Source: an uncultured Collinsella sp. (GTDB taxonomy: Bacteria > Actinomycetota > Coriobacteriia > Coriobacteriales > Coriobacteriaceae). From it: a DNA stretch of 64,000 bases. Positions 30,483-40,340 of this stretch are shown one piece after another (the stretch's first letter is position 1; every line of letters begins with the position of its first letter). The translations under genes and the position numbers were made by a program. The notes beneath the pieces are model-generated. The model was not told the origin of the DNA and searched no databases. It saw only the letters and a list, made by a program, of their open reading frames with translations. The stretch covers positions 110,184-174,183 of the forward strand of contig CABQQR010000002.1 of assembly GCA_902466395.1 (NCBI GenBank), given 5' to 3'.

Positions 30483-32234
30483 ATGGAAACGATCATCAAC
30501 GTCGACGATGTCTCGTTCTCCTATGGCACGCAGACCGAGCAGGCGCTCAGCCACATCTCGCTCAGCGTGAACAAGGGAGATTTCATCGGCATCATCGGGC
30601 CCTCGGGCGCCGGCAAGTCCACGCTTGCCGCTTGCCTGTCGGGTGCCGTGCCCCACCACTACACCGGCACGTTCTTTGGGTCCGTCATGGTTAACGGCCA
30701 CGACACCTGCGAAGCCTCGCTCACCGACGTGTCGCAAATCGTCGGCAGCGTGCTGCAGGATATCGACACGCAGATGGTCGCCTCGGTCGTCGAGGACGAG
30801 ATGCTCTTTGGCCTCGAGAACTTTGGCGTTCCCCACGACCAGATCGAGCAGCGCGTGAGCGAAACGCTCGAGACCGTCGGCATCAGCGACCTGCGCGACC
30901 GCGAGATCGCCACCCTCTCGGGCGGACAGAAGCAAAAGGTAGCCATCGCCGCCATCCTCGCCATGCGTCCGCGCGTCTTGGTTCTCGACGAGCCCACCGC
31001 GGCACTCGACCCCGCCAGCTCCACGTTGGTCTTCGAGACGCTGCGTGAGGCAAACCGCACACTTGGAATCACCATCGTCGTCGTTGAGCAAAAGGTCGCC
31101 CTGCTCTCGGAGTACTGCAACCGCGTGCTCGTGCTCAACCATGGCGAAATCGCGCTGCAGGGCGAACCACACGAGGTCTTCGCGCATACCGACGAGCTCC
31201 GTGCCATCGGCGTCGACTGCCCTCGCGTCACGCGTATCTTCAATAGCCTCGAGGCCGATGGCCTGGTAAGCGGTACCCCTTGCTTGGATGTCGATGAGGC
31301 CGAGCGCCTGATTTCGGGCATCGTCGACCCCGCACACGCGGCCAGCGAAGCCCAGGCGCCCGCCGGCTCACCGCACGCACCGTCGTTGCGCCCTCATGCC
31401 AAGGACGCCGAACCCGTACTCACCTTCGACCATGTTGAGTTTGCCTATCCCAATGGCGGCGCCGCCGTACACGACCTTAGCCTGACGCTCTATCCCGGCG
31501 AGCTCGTGGGCATCGTCGGCCAAAACGGTGCCGGCAAGACCACGCTCACCAAGCTGCTCACAGGCCTGCTCAAGCCCGCCTCGGGCAGCGTGCGCGTCAC
31601 GGGACTGGATACCGCGGCCGTTCCCACGAGCCGCATCGCCCGCGAAGTCGCAACCCTCTTCCAAAACCCCGACCGCCAGATCTGCAAGGATACCGTACTC
31701 GACGAGGTCGCTTTTGGCCTGGAGCTTGCCGGCATCGACCGTGCCGAGGCTCTGCGTCGCGCTCGACTCGTTATCGACCGCTTTGGCCTGCCTGCCGATG
31801 AGGCACCTTTCTCGCTTTCGCGCGGCCAGCGACAAATGGTGGCGCTTGCCTCCGTCGTAGTGGTTGAGCCCAAGATCGTCGTGCTCGACGAGCCCACGAG
31901 CGGCCTTGATTACCGCGAGTGCATGACCGTCATGGAAACGGTGCGCACCATGGCCGAGCGCGGCTGCGCCGTTATCATGGTCTGCCACGATATGGAAGTC
32001 GTCTCGGATTTTGCCGAGCGCATTGTGGTAATGGCCGACGGTCGCATCCTCGACCGCGGCCGCACGCACGAGCTATTCTCGAACATCGATCTCATGCAGC
32101 GTGCCTATGTTGAGCCGCCCCAGGTTATTGAACTCTCGCGCCGTCTGGCATCTTCCGTCTCGCCCGCTTTTGCGCAGGTGAGCGAGGTCACCGATGTCGT
32201 TCGCATTACCAAGGAGATGGTCCGCCGTGGTTAA
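30483..32234 (+). CDS. ECF transporter ATPase, fused EcfA1-EcfA2 (two ABC domains)
   Basis: Walker A GPSGAGKST and GQNGAGKTT, with signatures LSGGQKQKVAIA and LSRGQRQMVALA, 583 aa. Confidence 0.9.
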   Translation: METIINVDDVSFSYGTQTEQALSHISLSVNKGDFIGIIGPSGAGKSTLAACLSGAVPHHYTGTFFGSVMVNGHDTCEASLTDVSQIVGSVLQDIDTQMVASVVEDEMLFGLENFGVPHDQIEQRVSETLETVGISDLRDREIATLSGGQKQKVAIAAILAMRPRVLVLDEPTAALDPASSTLVFETLREANRTLGITIVVVEQKVALLSEYCNRVLVLNHGEIALQGEPHEVFAHTDELRAIGVDCPRVTRIFNSLEADGLVSGTPCLDVDEAERLISGIVDPAHAASEAQAPAGSPHAPSLRPHAKDAEPVLTFDHVEFAYPNGGAAVHDLSLTLYPGELVGIVGQNGAGKTTLTKLLTGLLKPASGSVRVTGLDTAAVPTSRIAREVATLFQNPDRQICKDTVLDEVAFGLELAGIDRAEALRRARLVIDRFGLPADEAPFSLSRGQRQMVALASVVVVEPKIVVLDEPTSGLDYRECMTVMETVRTMAERGCAVIMVCHDMEVVSDFAERIVVMADGRILDRGRTHELFSNIDLMQRAYVEPPQVIELSRRLASSVSPAFAQVSEVTDVVRITKEMVRRG

Positions 32235-32973
32235 CGTCATCGACTACATGCCAGGCGATACGCTGCTGCATCGCCTGAACCCCGTCGTCAAATTGGGCCT
32301 CGCCGCCGCCATCATCGTCGGCATCTTCTTGTCCGACACCTACGTGGCGCTGCTGGGCTTTTTGGTGCTCACCCTTGCGCTGGGTGCCTATGCCGGCGTC
32401 GTCGACCGTCTGTTCTCGCTGCTCAAGTTGCTGATTCCGCTCGCGCTTATCATGCTGGTGCTCCAGCTTGCCTTTATGCGCGATGGCAACGTTGTGTGGG
32501 GCTTTATCACCGACACGGGCCTCATCACAGGATCGAAGGCCTGTCTGCGCCTGCTGGGTGTGGCGTTACCGCTCATCCTCATGCTCATGGTGACCAAGCT
32601 CAACGACCTTGCCAACGCCTGCGTCGAGGTGCTGCACGTACCGTATCGCTATGCCTTCACCTTTACCACGGCGCTGCGCTTTGTGCCGGTGTTTGGTCAG
32701 GAGATGAACGCCATCATGGAGGCGCAGACCGCACGCGGCGTCGAGTACGACACCAAGAACCCCATCAAGAAGCTTAAGCTCATGCTGCCACTGTGCGTGC
32801 CACTGCTCATCTCGAGCGTGGGCAAGACCGATGCCACAGCCTTGGCGGCAGAACAGCGCGGCTTCTATCTGCGCACGCGCGCCAGCTCGTACAAGCGCTA
32901 CCCCATCAAGGGCCTGGACATCGCCGTGCTCGTCGCCAGCATCGCCCTCATCGCCATCGGCTTCCTGTTCTAG
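32225..32973 (+). CDS. ecfT: ECF transporter transmembrane component EcfT (CbiQ family)
   Basis: EcfT/CbiQ profile (…ALRFVPVFGQEMNAIMEAQTARGV…). The start is probably the GTG at 32225 overlapping the EcfA stop; the ORF track gives 32194. Confidence 0.85.
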
Positions 32974-33097
32974 TTCACCACCGACAGCAACCGCCCAACG
33001 CAAAAGGCCTCGGCTCGCACCAAACGAGCCGAGGCCTTTACTGTTTCACCAGATAAAACCTACCAAAATAAACCTGTCCCTTTTGGCAGGTCGGAAG

Positions 33098-33844
33098 CTA
33101 GAGGCGGTAGGGGGCGCCGCTGCGGATGATGGATTCGCGCACCAGGACATCCATGGCGTCGAGGGTAATCTCGGGCATCTCTCGGTACTTCTGCAGCACC
33201 GATAGCTCGGTGCAGGCCAGAATGACGCGGTCGCAGCCGCTACGGGCGAACTCCCACATCACGCGGTCGAACTTATCCATATCGGGCTCACGTCCGGCCT
33301 TCACATCATCGTAGATAAGCGACATCACATCGTTCTGACGTTTCTCGCTGGGATAGACAACCTCGACACCCGCAGCCTCGCATTCGCGGCCGTAGACGCC
33401 CGCGCCCACGGTGCCGTCGGTTCCCATGATACCGATCTTGTGCACCGGCTCGGCCGGCATACTCAGGTTGGGGTCGAACTCGCACTCCCCCATCACCGCA
33501 CCCGCAAGGGCATAGCGAACCGACTCGCGCGGCATGTGGATAATCGGCACCTTCGTAAACGACTGGATCTGGTCGTAAAAGTAGTGTGACGTGTTGCAGG
33601 GAATGGCAATGTGCGCACAGCCCAGCGACTCGAGTGCCTGGGCACACTCTTTCATGGTCGTCAGCAGCTTGGCATGCTCGCCGGTCTTAATGGCCAGCGT
33701 GCGGTCGGGCATGGTCGACTTGGAGAGCACCACCATGTCGATATGTTCCTGATCGCAGGCGGCCGCCGTATGACGCACCACCTGGTCGTAGTAATACGAC
33801 GTGGCCTCGGCGCCCATGCCGCCGATAACTCCCAGCTTTTCCAT
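33098..33844 (-). CDS. Aspartate racemase (Asp/Glu racemase family)
   Basis: Two catalytic Cys motifs of aspartate racemases: IAIPCNTSHYF and VILACTELSVL. ATG at 33844 with a GGAGG RBS. Confidence 0.8.
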   Translation of the reverse strand: MEKLGVIGGMGAEATSYYYDQVVRHTAAACDQEHIDMVVLSKSTMPDRTLAIKTGEHAKLLTTMKECAQALESLGCAHIAIPCNTSHYFYDQIQSFTKVPIIHMPRESVRYALAGAVMGECEFDPNLSMPAEPVHKIGIMGTDGTVGAGVYGRECEAAGVEVVYPSEKRQNDVMSLIYDDVKAGREPDMDKFDRVMWEFARSGCDRVILACTELSVLQKYREMPEITLDAMDVLVRESIIRSGAPYRL

Positions 33845-33928
33845 CGCCGCCTCCTTGGTGACGTTTGCGCAATTGCGCGTATCATACCCGCGCCCGCCCG
33901 ATGCAAACCGGACGGGCGCCGCACTCAT

Positions 33929-35185
33929 CTACTTGTAATACGTCTTGAACAGCTTAAAGTGGCGCAGCTTGGTGTGCCACATGCGCAGCCAGCGGTTAAA
34001 GACAAAGTCGCCCTTCATAAACGAAGGGTCGGCGCCCTTGCCTTCCTTGTCCAGGCGATGCACCTTAGCGCGCAGCTCGGGATCCTTGACGTATTTGTCG
34101 ACGACGCCCATGGGGACGACCATCCACAGCGCCTCGTCCTGCGCCGTCACAAACTCCGGCTCAAACGGGCGATTGAACACATACTCGTCCACAACATACT
34201 TGGCAACGTTAAAGCCACTGTTGGTGACGTAGTAGTTGCTGCGACCTTGGCGCGTGTTGAAATCGAAGAACTTAAACGAGCCGTCGCGCTCGTCGTACTT
34301 AACGTCAAAGTTGGAATAGCCCACAAAGTGAAGGTCCTCGAGCAACTTGCGCACGCCGCCCATGAGCTCGTCATTGGGCTCGGTGATGATGCAGGCGTGA
34401 TTACCGACGCCATGGGGCTGATGTTCCTCGAGCAGCACGTGACCCAGGCACATCATGCGGACCTTGCCGTTGCGGTCGGAATAGCTGGTGAGCACGCGCA
34501 TGTACTCGTCGTTGCCGGGCACGCGATCCTGCAAGATCAGGTCGTCGGTGTAGCCGCTGGCATACGAGTCGCGAATGACCTGTTCCAGCTCGGCACGGTC
34601 GGCAATCTCATAGGCCTTTTTCTGGCCCTCGAACTCGTGCTGCCACCACATGATGCCGTCAGAAGGCTTCAGAATCATCGGGTAAGGAAAATCGATCTGG
34701 TCGAGCACTTCGGCAGGCGCCTCACCCTGGGCATTGAGCATCGCCTTGGTAAAGGTAAACGTGTGCGGATAGGGCACGCCATGCTTCTCGCACAGCTCGT
34801 AGAAGATCTCCTTCTTCTGGCACTGCTCGAGCATGCTGTAGGGAGCGTAAGGCGCGACGATGTTATCCGCCAACTCATGGGCATCCTTGGCCTGAGCCAC
34901 GAGGGCAACATAGTTATCGCCACAGCCCACAAGGACAATCGTCTTATCGGCATGCGCTTGGGCAATGCCGTTGACGGTCCCGAGCATCACGGGCATGGTA
35001 TCGATATCCACGTTGGGCGTGTAGTCGATAATCTGGCTGCGGTACGCGGGACCCGTCTGATACTTGCCAAAGACCAGACTCTTGACCTGGTACTCCTCAT
35101 AGAAGGCGCGCGCCACCGAATAGGCGTTGATGTCGCCACCGAGCAGCACGGGAATGAACTCGCGCTCTGTAAACTGCAATGCCAT
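33929..35185 (-). CDS. ATP-grasp ligase, D-aspartate ligase (Aslfm)-like candidate
   Basis: 418-aa ATP-grasp fold (…PYPMILKPSDG…LILQDRVPGNDEYMRVLTSY…FNTRQGRSNY…) immediately upstream of, and co-oriented with, the aspartate racemase gene. Confidence 0.65.
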   Translation of the reverse strand: MALQFTEREFIPVLLGGDINAYSVARAFYEEYQVKSLVFGKYQTGPAYRSQIIDYTPNVDIDTMPVMLGTVNGIAQAHADKTIVLVGCGDNYVALVAQAKDAHELADNIVAPYAPYSMLEQCQKKEIFYELCEKHGVPYPHTFTFTKAMLNAQGEAPAEVLDQIDFPYPMILKPSDGIMWWQHEFEGQKKAYEIADRAELEQVIRDSYASGYTDDLILQDRVPGNDEYMRVLTSYSDRNGKVRMMCLGHVLLEEHQPHGVGNHACIITEPNDELMGGVRKLLEDLHFVGYSNFDVKYDERDGSFKFFDFNTRQGRSNYYVTNSGFNVAKYVVDEYVFNRPFEPEFVTAQDEALWMVVPMGVVDKYVKDPELRAKVHRLDKEGKGADPSFMKGDFVFNRWLRMWHTKLRHFKLFKTYYK

Positions 35186-35564
35186 GGAAACTTCCCATCA
35201 TGAACTGCCCACACAACGGGGCGGTCTTTGCGCAACTGATTTATTCTAGCGTGCCAAGCCGCCGGCGCCCAAAGCTCCACCGTATCTATGGCAATCGACG
35301 TAATCGTCCAGCATGAAATCCGCCCTCGCCGTGATGGGACCCTGTAGTTGCAAAACCCCACATGAGGCGACTTTTGATAAACAAAAACCCTCTCGACAGG
35401 GTTCCGTAACGTTAAAGTTGAACTCTATGGTTTCTCAACAATTCATCATAACTGCAGGTCAAAGCCAAAGCCTCAAGTTCAACTTGACCCTTTGGAACCT
35501 TTAAGGTTCAAGTTGAGGTCGAAAGCAGTAGTAGAATACCGTTCGAACCATAACCTACGATTGA

Positions 35565-36713
35565 TTGCAGAGGGACTGGATGCAGCATTCGAATCATCGC
35601 ACCGCAGCGCTCATTGCGTCGAAGCCGGCTCGTATCATCACGAGCGCCGCGCTCGCCGTTGCGCTGACGGCCACGCCGATGCTCTCCCCCGTTGCGGCGC
35701 ATGCCGCCTCGCAGGCAACGCAGGACCAGCTTTCCGCAGCCCAGCAGAAGATCGAAGCCGCCACGAGCGCCTACAACGACGCCCGCACCAAACTCGATGA
35801 CCTGCAAAAGCAGATTGACTCCAATGAGGCAAGCATCGAGGAAATCGAGGCTAAGCTTCCCGAGCAGCAGGCCAAGGCAAGCTCCGCCATGCGCGATCTG
35901 TACAAGTATCAGAAAGGCACCAACCCCATCGTGAGCTTCCTGGTCAACGCGCAGAGCCTGGGTGAGTTCATCACGACCTGCAAATACACCAACCAGATCA
36001 CGAGCTCGAGCGTCGACGAGATCGAACAGCTCAATAACATGCAAACCGAACTCGAGCAGAACAAGGCTGAGCTCCAGCAGGCCAAGTCTCAGCTTGAGGC
36101 AGAGCAGAAAAACGCCGAGGATGCGTTGGCTCAGGCCCAGCAGCTCCGCAGCGAGGCGCAGGCAAAAGCCGAGCAGGAAAATGCCGCCGAGCTTGCCAAG
36201 CTTGAGGCCGATAAGGCCGCTGCCGCCGAGAAGATCTCGGGCGAGGGCGTAAGCGGCAACAATTCCAGCAGCCAGGCCACCAACACCAACACCACCATCG
36301 ACACCACGGTGAACAACGCCAATACCGGTAGCTCCGATTACGATTCGTTCATTAATGAGTGGACGAGCCGCATCGACAATTATCTCGTCGGCTCCCCCAT
36401 GGCAGGCCAGGGCTATAACTTTGCCGTCGCCGCTTGGAATACCGGTGTCGACCCCCGTTGGTCCCCCGCCATCGCCTGCATCGAGAGCACCAAGGGTGCT
36501 TATTGCGCCAATTCTTACAACGCCTGGGGCTGGAGTGCCCGTGGCGGCGGTTGGCGCAGCTTTGGCAGCTGGAGCGAGGGCATCTCCGCTCACGTTGCCT
36601 ATCTGGGCGCCAACTACGGCTCCACCCTTACCCCGGCAGCGGCCAAAAAGTACTGCCCGCCCACGTGGCAGGACTGGTACAACAAAGTCGCCACTCAGAT
36701 GAACCGCATCTAG
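35565..36713 (+). CDS. Secreted coiled-coil protein with a C-terminal lysozyme-like/peptidoglycan hydrolase domain (PcsB-like architecture)
   Basis: Signal peptide, then a long Gln/Glu/Ala-rich coiled coil (QQKIEAATSAYNDARTKLDDLQKQ…), then a C-terminal domain with CIESTKGAYCANSYNAWGW (an ES…YNAxG pattern reminiscent of transglycosylase/lysozyme-like folds). Confidence 0.55.
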   Translation: MQRDWMQHSNHRTAALIASKPARIITSAALAVALTATPMLSPVAAHAASQATQDQLSAAQQKIEAATSAYNDARTKLDDLQKQIDSNEASIEEIEAKLPEQQAKASSAMRDLYKYQKGTNPIVSFLVNAQSLGEFITTCKYTNQITSSSVDEIEQLNNMQTELEQNKAELQQAKSQLEAEQKNAEDALAQAQQLRSEAQAKAEQENAAELAKLEADKAAAAEKISGEGVSGNNSSSQATNTNTTIDTTVNNANTGSSDYDSFINEWTSRIDNYLVGSPMAGQGYNFAVAAWNTGVDPRWSPAIACIESTKGAYCANSYNAWGWSARGGGWRSFGSWSEGISAHVAYLGANYGSTLTPAAAKKYCPPTWQDWYNKVATQMNRI

Positions 36714-36750
36714 GTGCAACTGCAAAGGGCCCCAATGGGGCCCTTTTCTT

Positions 36751-38160
36751 TTAGGTAGCGGAGGTATCGACGACGCCGGTCGCATTGGCAACCGCGACTA
36801 TGACGATCATGCATAGGAGCAGCACACCCAATGCCTTGAGCCAAAGTTTCGCGAGTTTCTTGCCGCGATAGCTGTCGAGCAGTGCGAATCGCCGACGAAG
36901 ACGGCGCTTATCGAGCAGCGCAAAATGCATAAGCACCATAAGGCCATCGACAAAGAAAAAATACTCGATTATGAGAAGCCACGTCGGGTAGCTTTGGTTT
37001 GCTCCCGTGGGGTGAAAGACGGCAAAGTGACTTCCGGCAAAGAACACAAGCAGTGAGAAGCAGACGAGCGTATTCCAAATGCGCCCCAGAGACTCCGGAA
37101 CGCGAGAGAGCAGACCGCATGCAACAGAGGCGGCAGGCCTAGGAAGCCCTGCGGGGTTCTGGAGCCCTTGGGGCGTCAACACCGTCTCCGAGGCCGGAGT
37201 ACGGACAAGCACAGGCGCAGGAGGCCGCACAGGGCGACTTAGATCGTATGCCGCGCGCGTCGCCCGTCCCAACGCTTCCGCGCTCGCAAAACGCTTGGCC
37301 GGGTCGAGCGGCATCGACATGCAGACGGCATCGGCAAGTGGAGTGGGAATGCCGCGCGCCTCGCATTGCTCGCGCATGTCGAGCCCTGGTTTAGGGTCGA
37401 CTCCCGTCAAGCAGAAGAACAACAGGGCGCCAAGTGCGTAGACGTCGCTTCGCACGCTCGTCTGCCCAAACCCATACTGCTCGGGCGGCGCATAGGGCCG
37501 TGTCCCAAACTTGACGGTATCGGCATCGGCGCCATCGCGCCATACGCGCGCGATCCCCAAGTCGATAATCACCAGCGATGAAAACGTCAGGCCGTCATCA
37601 GGCGTATAGTTGGCACCTGTCACGATGATATTCGACGGCTTGAGGTCGCGATGGATCACCGGCGCCGACGTCTCCCCCGCCATTGCAAAACCGGCATGGA
37701 GCTCGCCCACGGCGTCGCATAGGGCAGGATACAATTCACGCGCATAATCGGGGGTGGCTCCCAGACGGTACACCAGCGCCCCGAGCGTCTCCCCTTCGAT
37801 GTATTCCATAACCACGTTGAGCTCGTCGCCCACACGACGACAATCGACGATTCTGGGCAGGTGCTCAAAACGCCTGCCTGCCCGCTGAGCGGCAAACAGA
37901 CACTCGTATGCCCCGCCGATTTGAGCCGAAGCATCGATGCGTTTACGGACAAAGGGGCCGAGCGAACCACCGCCGGTTCCTTCAAAGTACACGAGCTCGG
38001 TTGTTTCAACGGACGAGCGCTTAAGTACACGCTCCACGCGATAGCTGTCGTCGCGATCGAGCGACGCCAGGTGCTCGGCAAGCGCTGCGGTCAGTTCGTC
38101 ATTGGAATATGTTGGGGTCTGAGTATCCATAGCCTCCATCATAGCGCAGGGCGCAGACAC
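36751..38160 (-). CDS. Ser/Thr protein kinase with a C-terminal membrane domain
   Basis: Hanks kinase motifs HRDLKPSNII, DLGIA and PYAPPE, with a C-terminal hydrophobic region of 3-4 TM segments. Confidence 0.85.
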   Translation of the reverse strand: MSAPCAMMEAMDTQTPTYSNDELTAALAEHLASLDRDDSYRVERVLKRSSVETTELVYFEGTGGGSLGPFVRKRIDASAQIGGAYECLFAAQRAGRRFEHLPRIVDCRRVGDELNVVMEYIEGETLGALVYRLGATPDYARELYPALCDAVGELHAGFAMAGETSAPVIHRDLKPSNIIVTGANYTPDDGLTFSSLVIIDLGIARVWRDGADADTVKFGTRPYAPPEQYGFGQTSVRSDVYALGALLFFCLTGVDPKPGLDMREQCEARGIPTPLADAVCMSMPLDPAKRFASAEALGRATRAAYDLSRPVRPPAPVLVRTPASETVLTPQGLQNPAGLPRPAASVACGLLSRVPESLGRIWNTLVCFSLLVFFAGSHFAVFHPTGANQSYPTWLLIIEYFFFVDGLMVLMHFALLDKRRLRRRFALLDSYRGKKLAKLWLKALGVLLLCMIVIVAVANATGVVDTSAT

Positions 38161-38228
38161 CCCATGGCATCCGCGCCCCGTTCGTTTGCATCGCTGTTCG
38201 ACAGCTCCGCCGGCTCAGATATCAGCCG

Positions 38229-38651
38229 CTAACTCACCGTCTCCTCGCCAAAGCGATACAGCTCCTCGTTGACCTTTTGGAGGCTGCACCCGCGATCGAT
38301 ACAGAAGATGATGATCGCATCGCGACGGTCCTTGCAGTTAAGGACGCTTACCCCGGCAGCCGTCAGCGCACGGTTAGTCTCTTTGAGCGTCAGCGCCATC
38401 GCAAAGGCAATCTGCAGCACCTTATTGCGGCTCGGATGACGCGCACCGGTAAAGATCTGATAGCCAAAGGTCTCATTGAGATCGGCCATACGAACCACGC
38501 GCGAGCGCTCCAAGCCCTTTTCCTGCAGCAGTTGCTTCAGGTAGTCCGAAAGCGACGGGGTGGCAAAGTCGTGCTCCTTGATATAGCCATCGATGTTTGG
38601 CGCGTCGAGAAGCTCATTGAGTAACTCGTCAGTCAGCTTTTTATCGGGCAT
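38229..38651 (-). CDS. Hypothetical protein with a possible HTH (XRE-like) segment
   Basis: 140-aa ORF with good codon usage. The segment RMADLNETFGYQIFTGARHPSRNKVLQIAFAMALT resembles an HTH. Confidence 0.4.
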   Translation of the reverse strand: MPDKKLTDELLNELLDAPNIDGYIKEHDFATPSLSDYLKQLLQEKGLERSRVVRMADLNETFGYQIFTGARHPSRNKVLQIAFAMALTLKETNRALTAAGVSVLNCKDRRDAIIIFCIDRGCSLQKVNEELYRFGEETVS

Positions 38652-38683
38652 ACGACCTCACCTCCCCCAGTGCATGCAACATG

Positions 38684-39127
38684 CTAGAAACCGCTTACGT
38701 CCGAACGCTCCCAGCTAGCAACCTGGTCGGGAGACACCGTACCCAGCGCCTCGAACTTCCAGGAGCCGCCCGCCTTCAGATGATTGGTGTTTGCAAGAGC
38801 CGTTCCAACCTGGTTGCCATCGGCATCATACAGAGCATATTCAATCTGAATGTAGCTCTTTTCCTTGTCCGTGTTATTGGTCAGCGTGCCCGTGATCTTA
38901 TAGGTAAACTGATTGGAAGTGTCTTCAGCCTCGTCAGCAATGGTATACGGTTCTTGCGGTTCTTTTTGCTCCTCAGCCTGCTGTGCCGTCTCGGCAGGTT
39001 TTGCCGAATCGCTCGCAGACGAATCGGTTGAGTTGCCGCCCATAGAGCCCACGGCACCGACAATAACCAGCACCACGATGATGCCTAGGACAATCTTGCC
39101 GATCGGCTTCTTTCCCTCTTTTGCCAT
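38684..39127 (-). CDS. Membrane-anchored FxLYD-domain protein
   Basis: N-terminal TM anchor, a Ser/Ala/Glu/Gln-rich linker, then a YIQIEYALYDADGNQVG (FxLYD) motif. Confidence 0.6.
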   Translation of the reverse strand: MAKEGKKPIGKIVLGIIVVLVIVGAVGSMGGNSTDSSASDSAKPAETAQQAEEQKEPQEPYTIADEAEDTSNQFTYKITGTLTNNTDKEKSYIQIEYALYDADGNQVGTALANTNHLKAGGSWKFEALGTVSPDQVASWERSDVSGF

Positions 39128-39290
39128 TATTCATCCTTCCTACGATCCGGCTACCGTGCCGGCACACAGCACATCGTAGGAAGGATTGAACTTGAATTCA
39201 TTAGCTGAGAGCTAAGGTTGCGGTAAACGGCCAATGCAGTTATCCAAACGCCGAGCAAACGCACTTTGCGCGACCGTCTGCCAGCAGTGA

Positions 39291-39614
39291 TCAACCCACC
39301 GTGACGGATTCCCCGGTAAAAGCACTGATCATCAACAGGACAAAGAAAACAAGGTAGCTGACACTCAGCAGGTACGCAATGATCAGAAAGACGACCCAGC
39401 CGACATTGGTTTTACCGTCGGCACGGCGTTGCCCGCGATTGCGGCAGAGCCAAATCGTCACGCCGATGGCAGTGATAAACAGCACGAGCGCCGCCGCGGC
39501 AAGCCCAGCAAGCGCAAACATCACGCCAATGCTCACAGCGATGACCGGAAGCAGCAGCAAACCGCACCCGCATCCACCCGGACTATATACGGCAGACTGT
39601 CGGCGTCGCTTCAT
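39291..39614 (-). CDS. Hypothetical small membrane protein
   Basis: MKRRRQSAVYSPGGCGCG… followed by 3 TM helices. Confidence 0.4.
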   Translation of the reverse strand: MKRRRQSAVYSPGGCGCGLLLLPVIAVSIGVMFALAGLAAAALVLFITAIGVTIWLCRNRGQRRADGKTNVGWVVFLIIAYLLSVSYLVFFVLLMISAFTGESVTVG

Positions 39615-39643
39615 CGCCGCGCCACCCCCATCATCTCTGAGCA

Positions 39644-39940
39644 CTACAGTGCGATGGCCTGCTGAACAGGAACGATCTTATCGAGTTCCGGTTCGATCCG
39701 CCTTTTCTCGGCCTCAAGGTCAAACGCCATCTGAGCGCGCAGCCAATAACCATCCGTCAGGCCAAAATAACGGCAAAGACGGAGGTCGGTGTCGGCCGTC
39801 ACGCGACGTTTTCCCAAGACAATCTGCCCGATACGCTGAGCCGGAATCCCGGTCTCTTTCGCAAGGCGATATTGAGAAATGCCCATGGGAACAAGAAACT
39901 CCTCTTTGAGAAGCTCACCAGGAGTCACTGGCGACAGCAA
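39644..39940 (-). CDS. higA: HigA-family antitoxin (XRE HTH)
   Basis: …PGELLKEEFLVPMGISQYRLAKETGIPAQRIGQIVLGKRRVTADTDLRLCRYFG… It lies 14 bp downstream of the higB stop. The start is uncertain (TTG at 39940 or GTG at 39928). Confidence 0.75.
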   Translation of the reverse strand: MLSPVTPGELLKEEFLVPMGISQYRLAKETGIPAQRIGQIVLGKRRVTADTDLRLCRYFGLTDGYWLRAQMAFDLEAEKRRIEPELDKIVPVQQAIAL

Positions 39941-39956
39941 ATCGGCCGAGGTCTCA

Positions 39957-40238
39957 TCACTTGTGATAATCGACGATTTCGACACTCCAAGCCATCTCCT
40001 GTCTCCACTCAAAACAGACCCGATAGCGCTCGTTAACACGGATGCTATATTGCCCGGCACGATCGCCCTTCAAAGCTTCCAGGCGGTTGCCCGGTGGAAC
40101 GCGAAGATCATCAAGCGAAGCACAAACCTGCAGTTGGCGAATCTTCCTCAACGCAACACGCTCAAAGGGCACGAACTTCCTGACCCGCACACCCATGGCA
40201 AAGCGTTCGGTATCCTCATCTTTATACGATGCAATCAT
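39957..40238 (-). CDS. higB: HigB-like toxin (RelE/ParE superfamily)
   Basis: 93 aa, …RFAMGVRVRKFVPFERVALRKIRQL…PPGNRLEALKGDRAGQYSIRVNERYRVCFEW… The toxin lies upstream of the antitoxin, as in HigBA. Confidence 0.8.
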   Translation of the reverse strand: MIASYKDEDTERFAMGVRVRKFVPFERVALRKIRQLQVCASLDDLRVPPGNRLEALKGDRAGQYSIRVNERYRVCFEWRQEMAWSVEIVDYHK

Positions 40239-40340
40239 AGTATCGCCTTACGTTAGTAACGTCAAACGTTTCTATAGACTTACATCTCTATTATATCGTA
40301 CGTTTGTTCGTATTTTCTAGAACAAATAGTCCTTCACGCC

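Noticed and set aside
35508-36791. 427-aa minus-strand ORF
   Set aside because: Antisense to the secreted coiled-coil protein gene, with an Ala/Gly/Leu repeat character.
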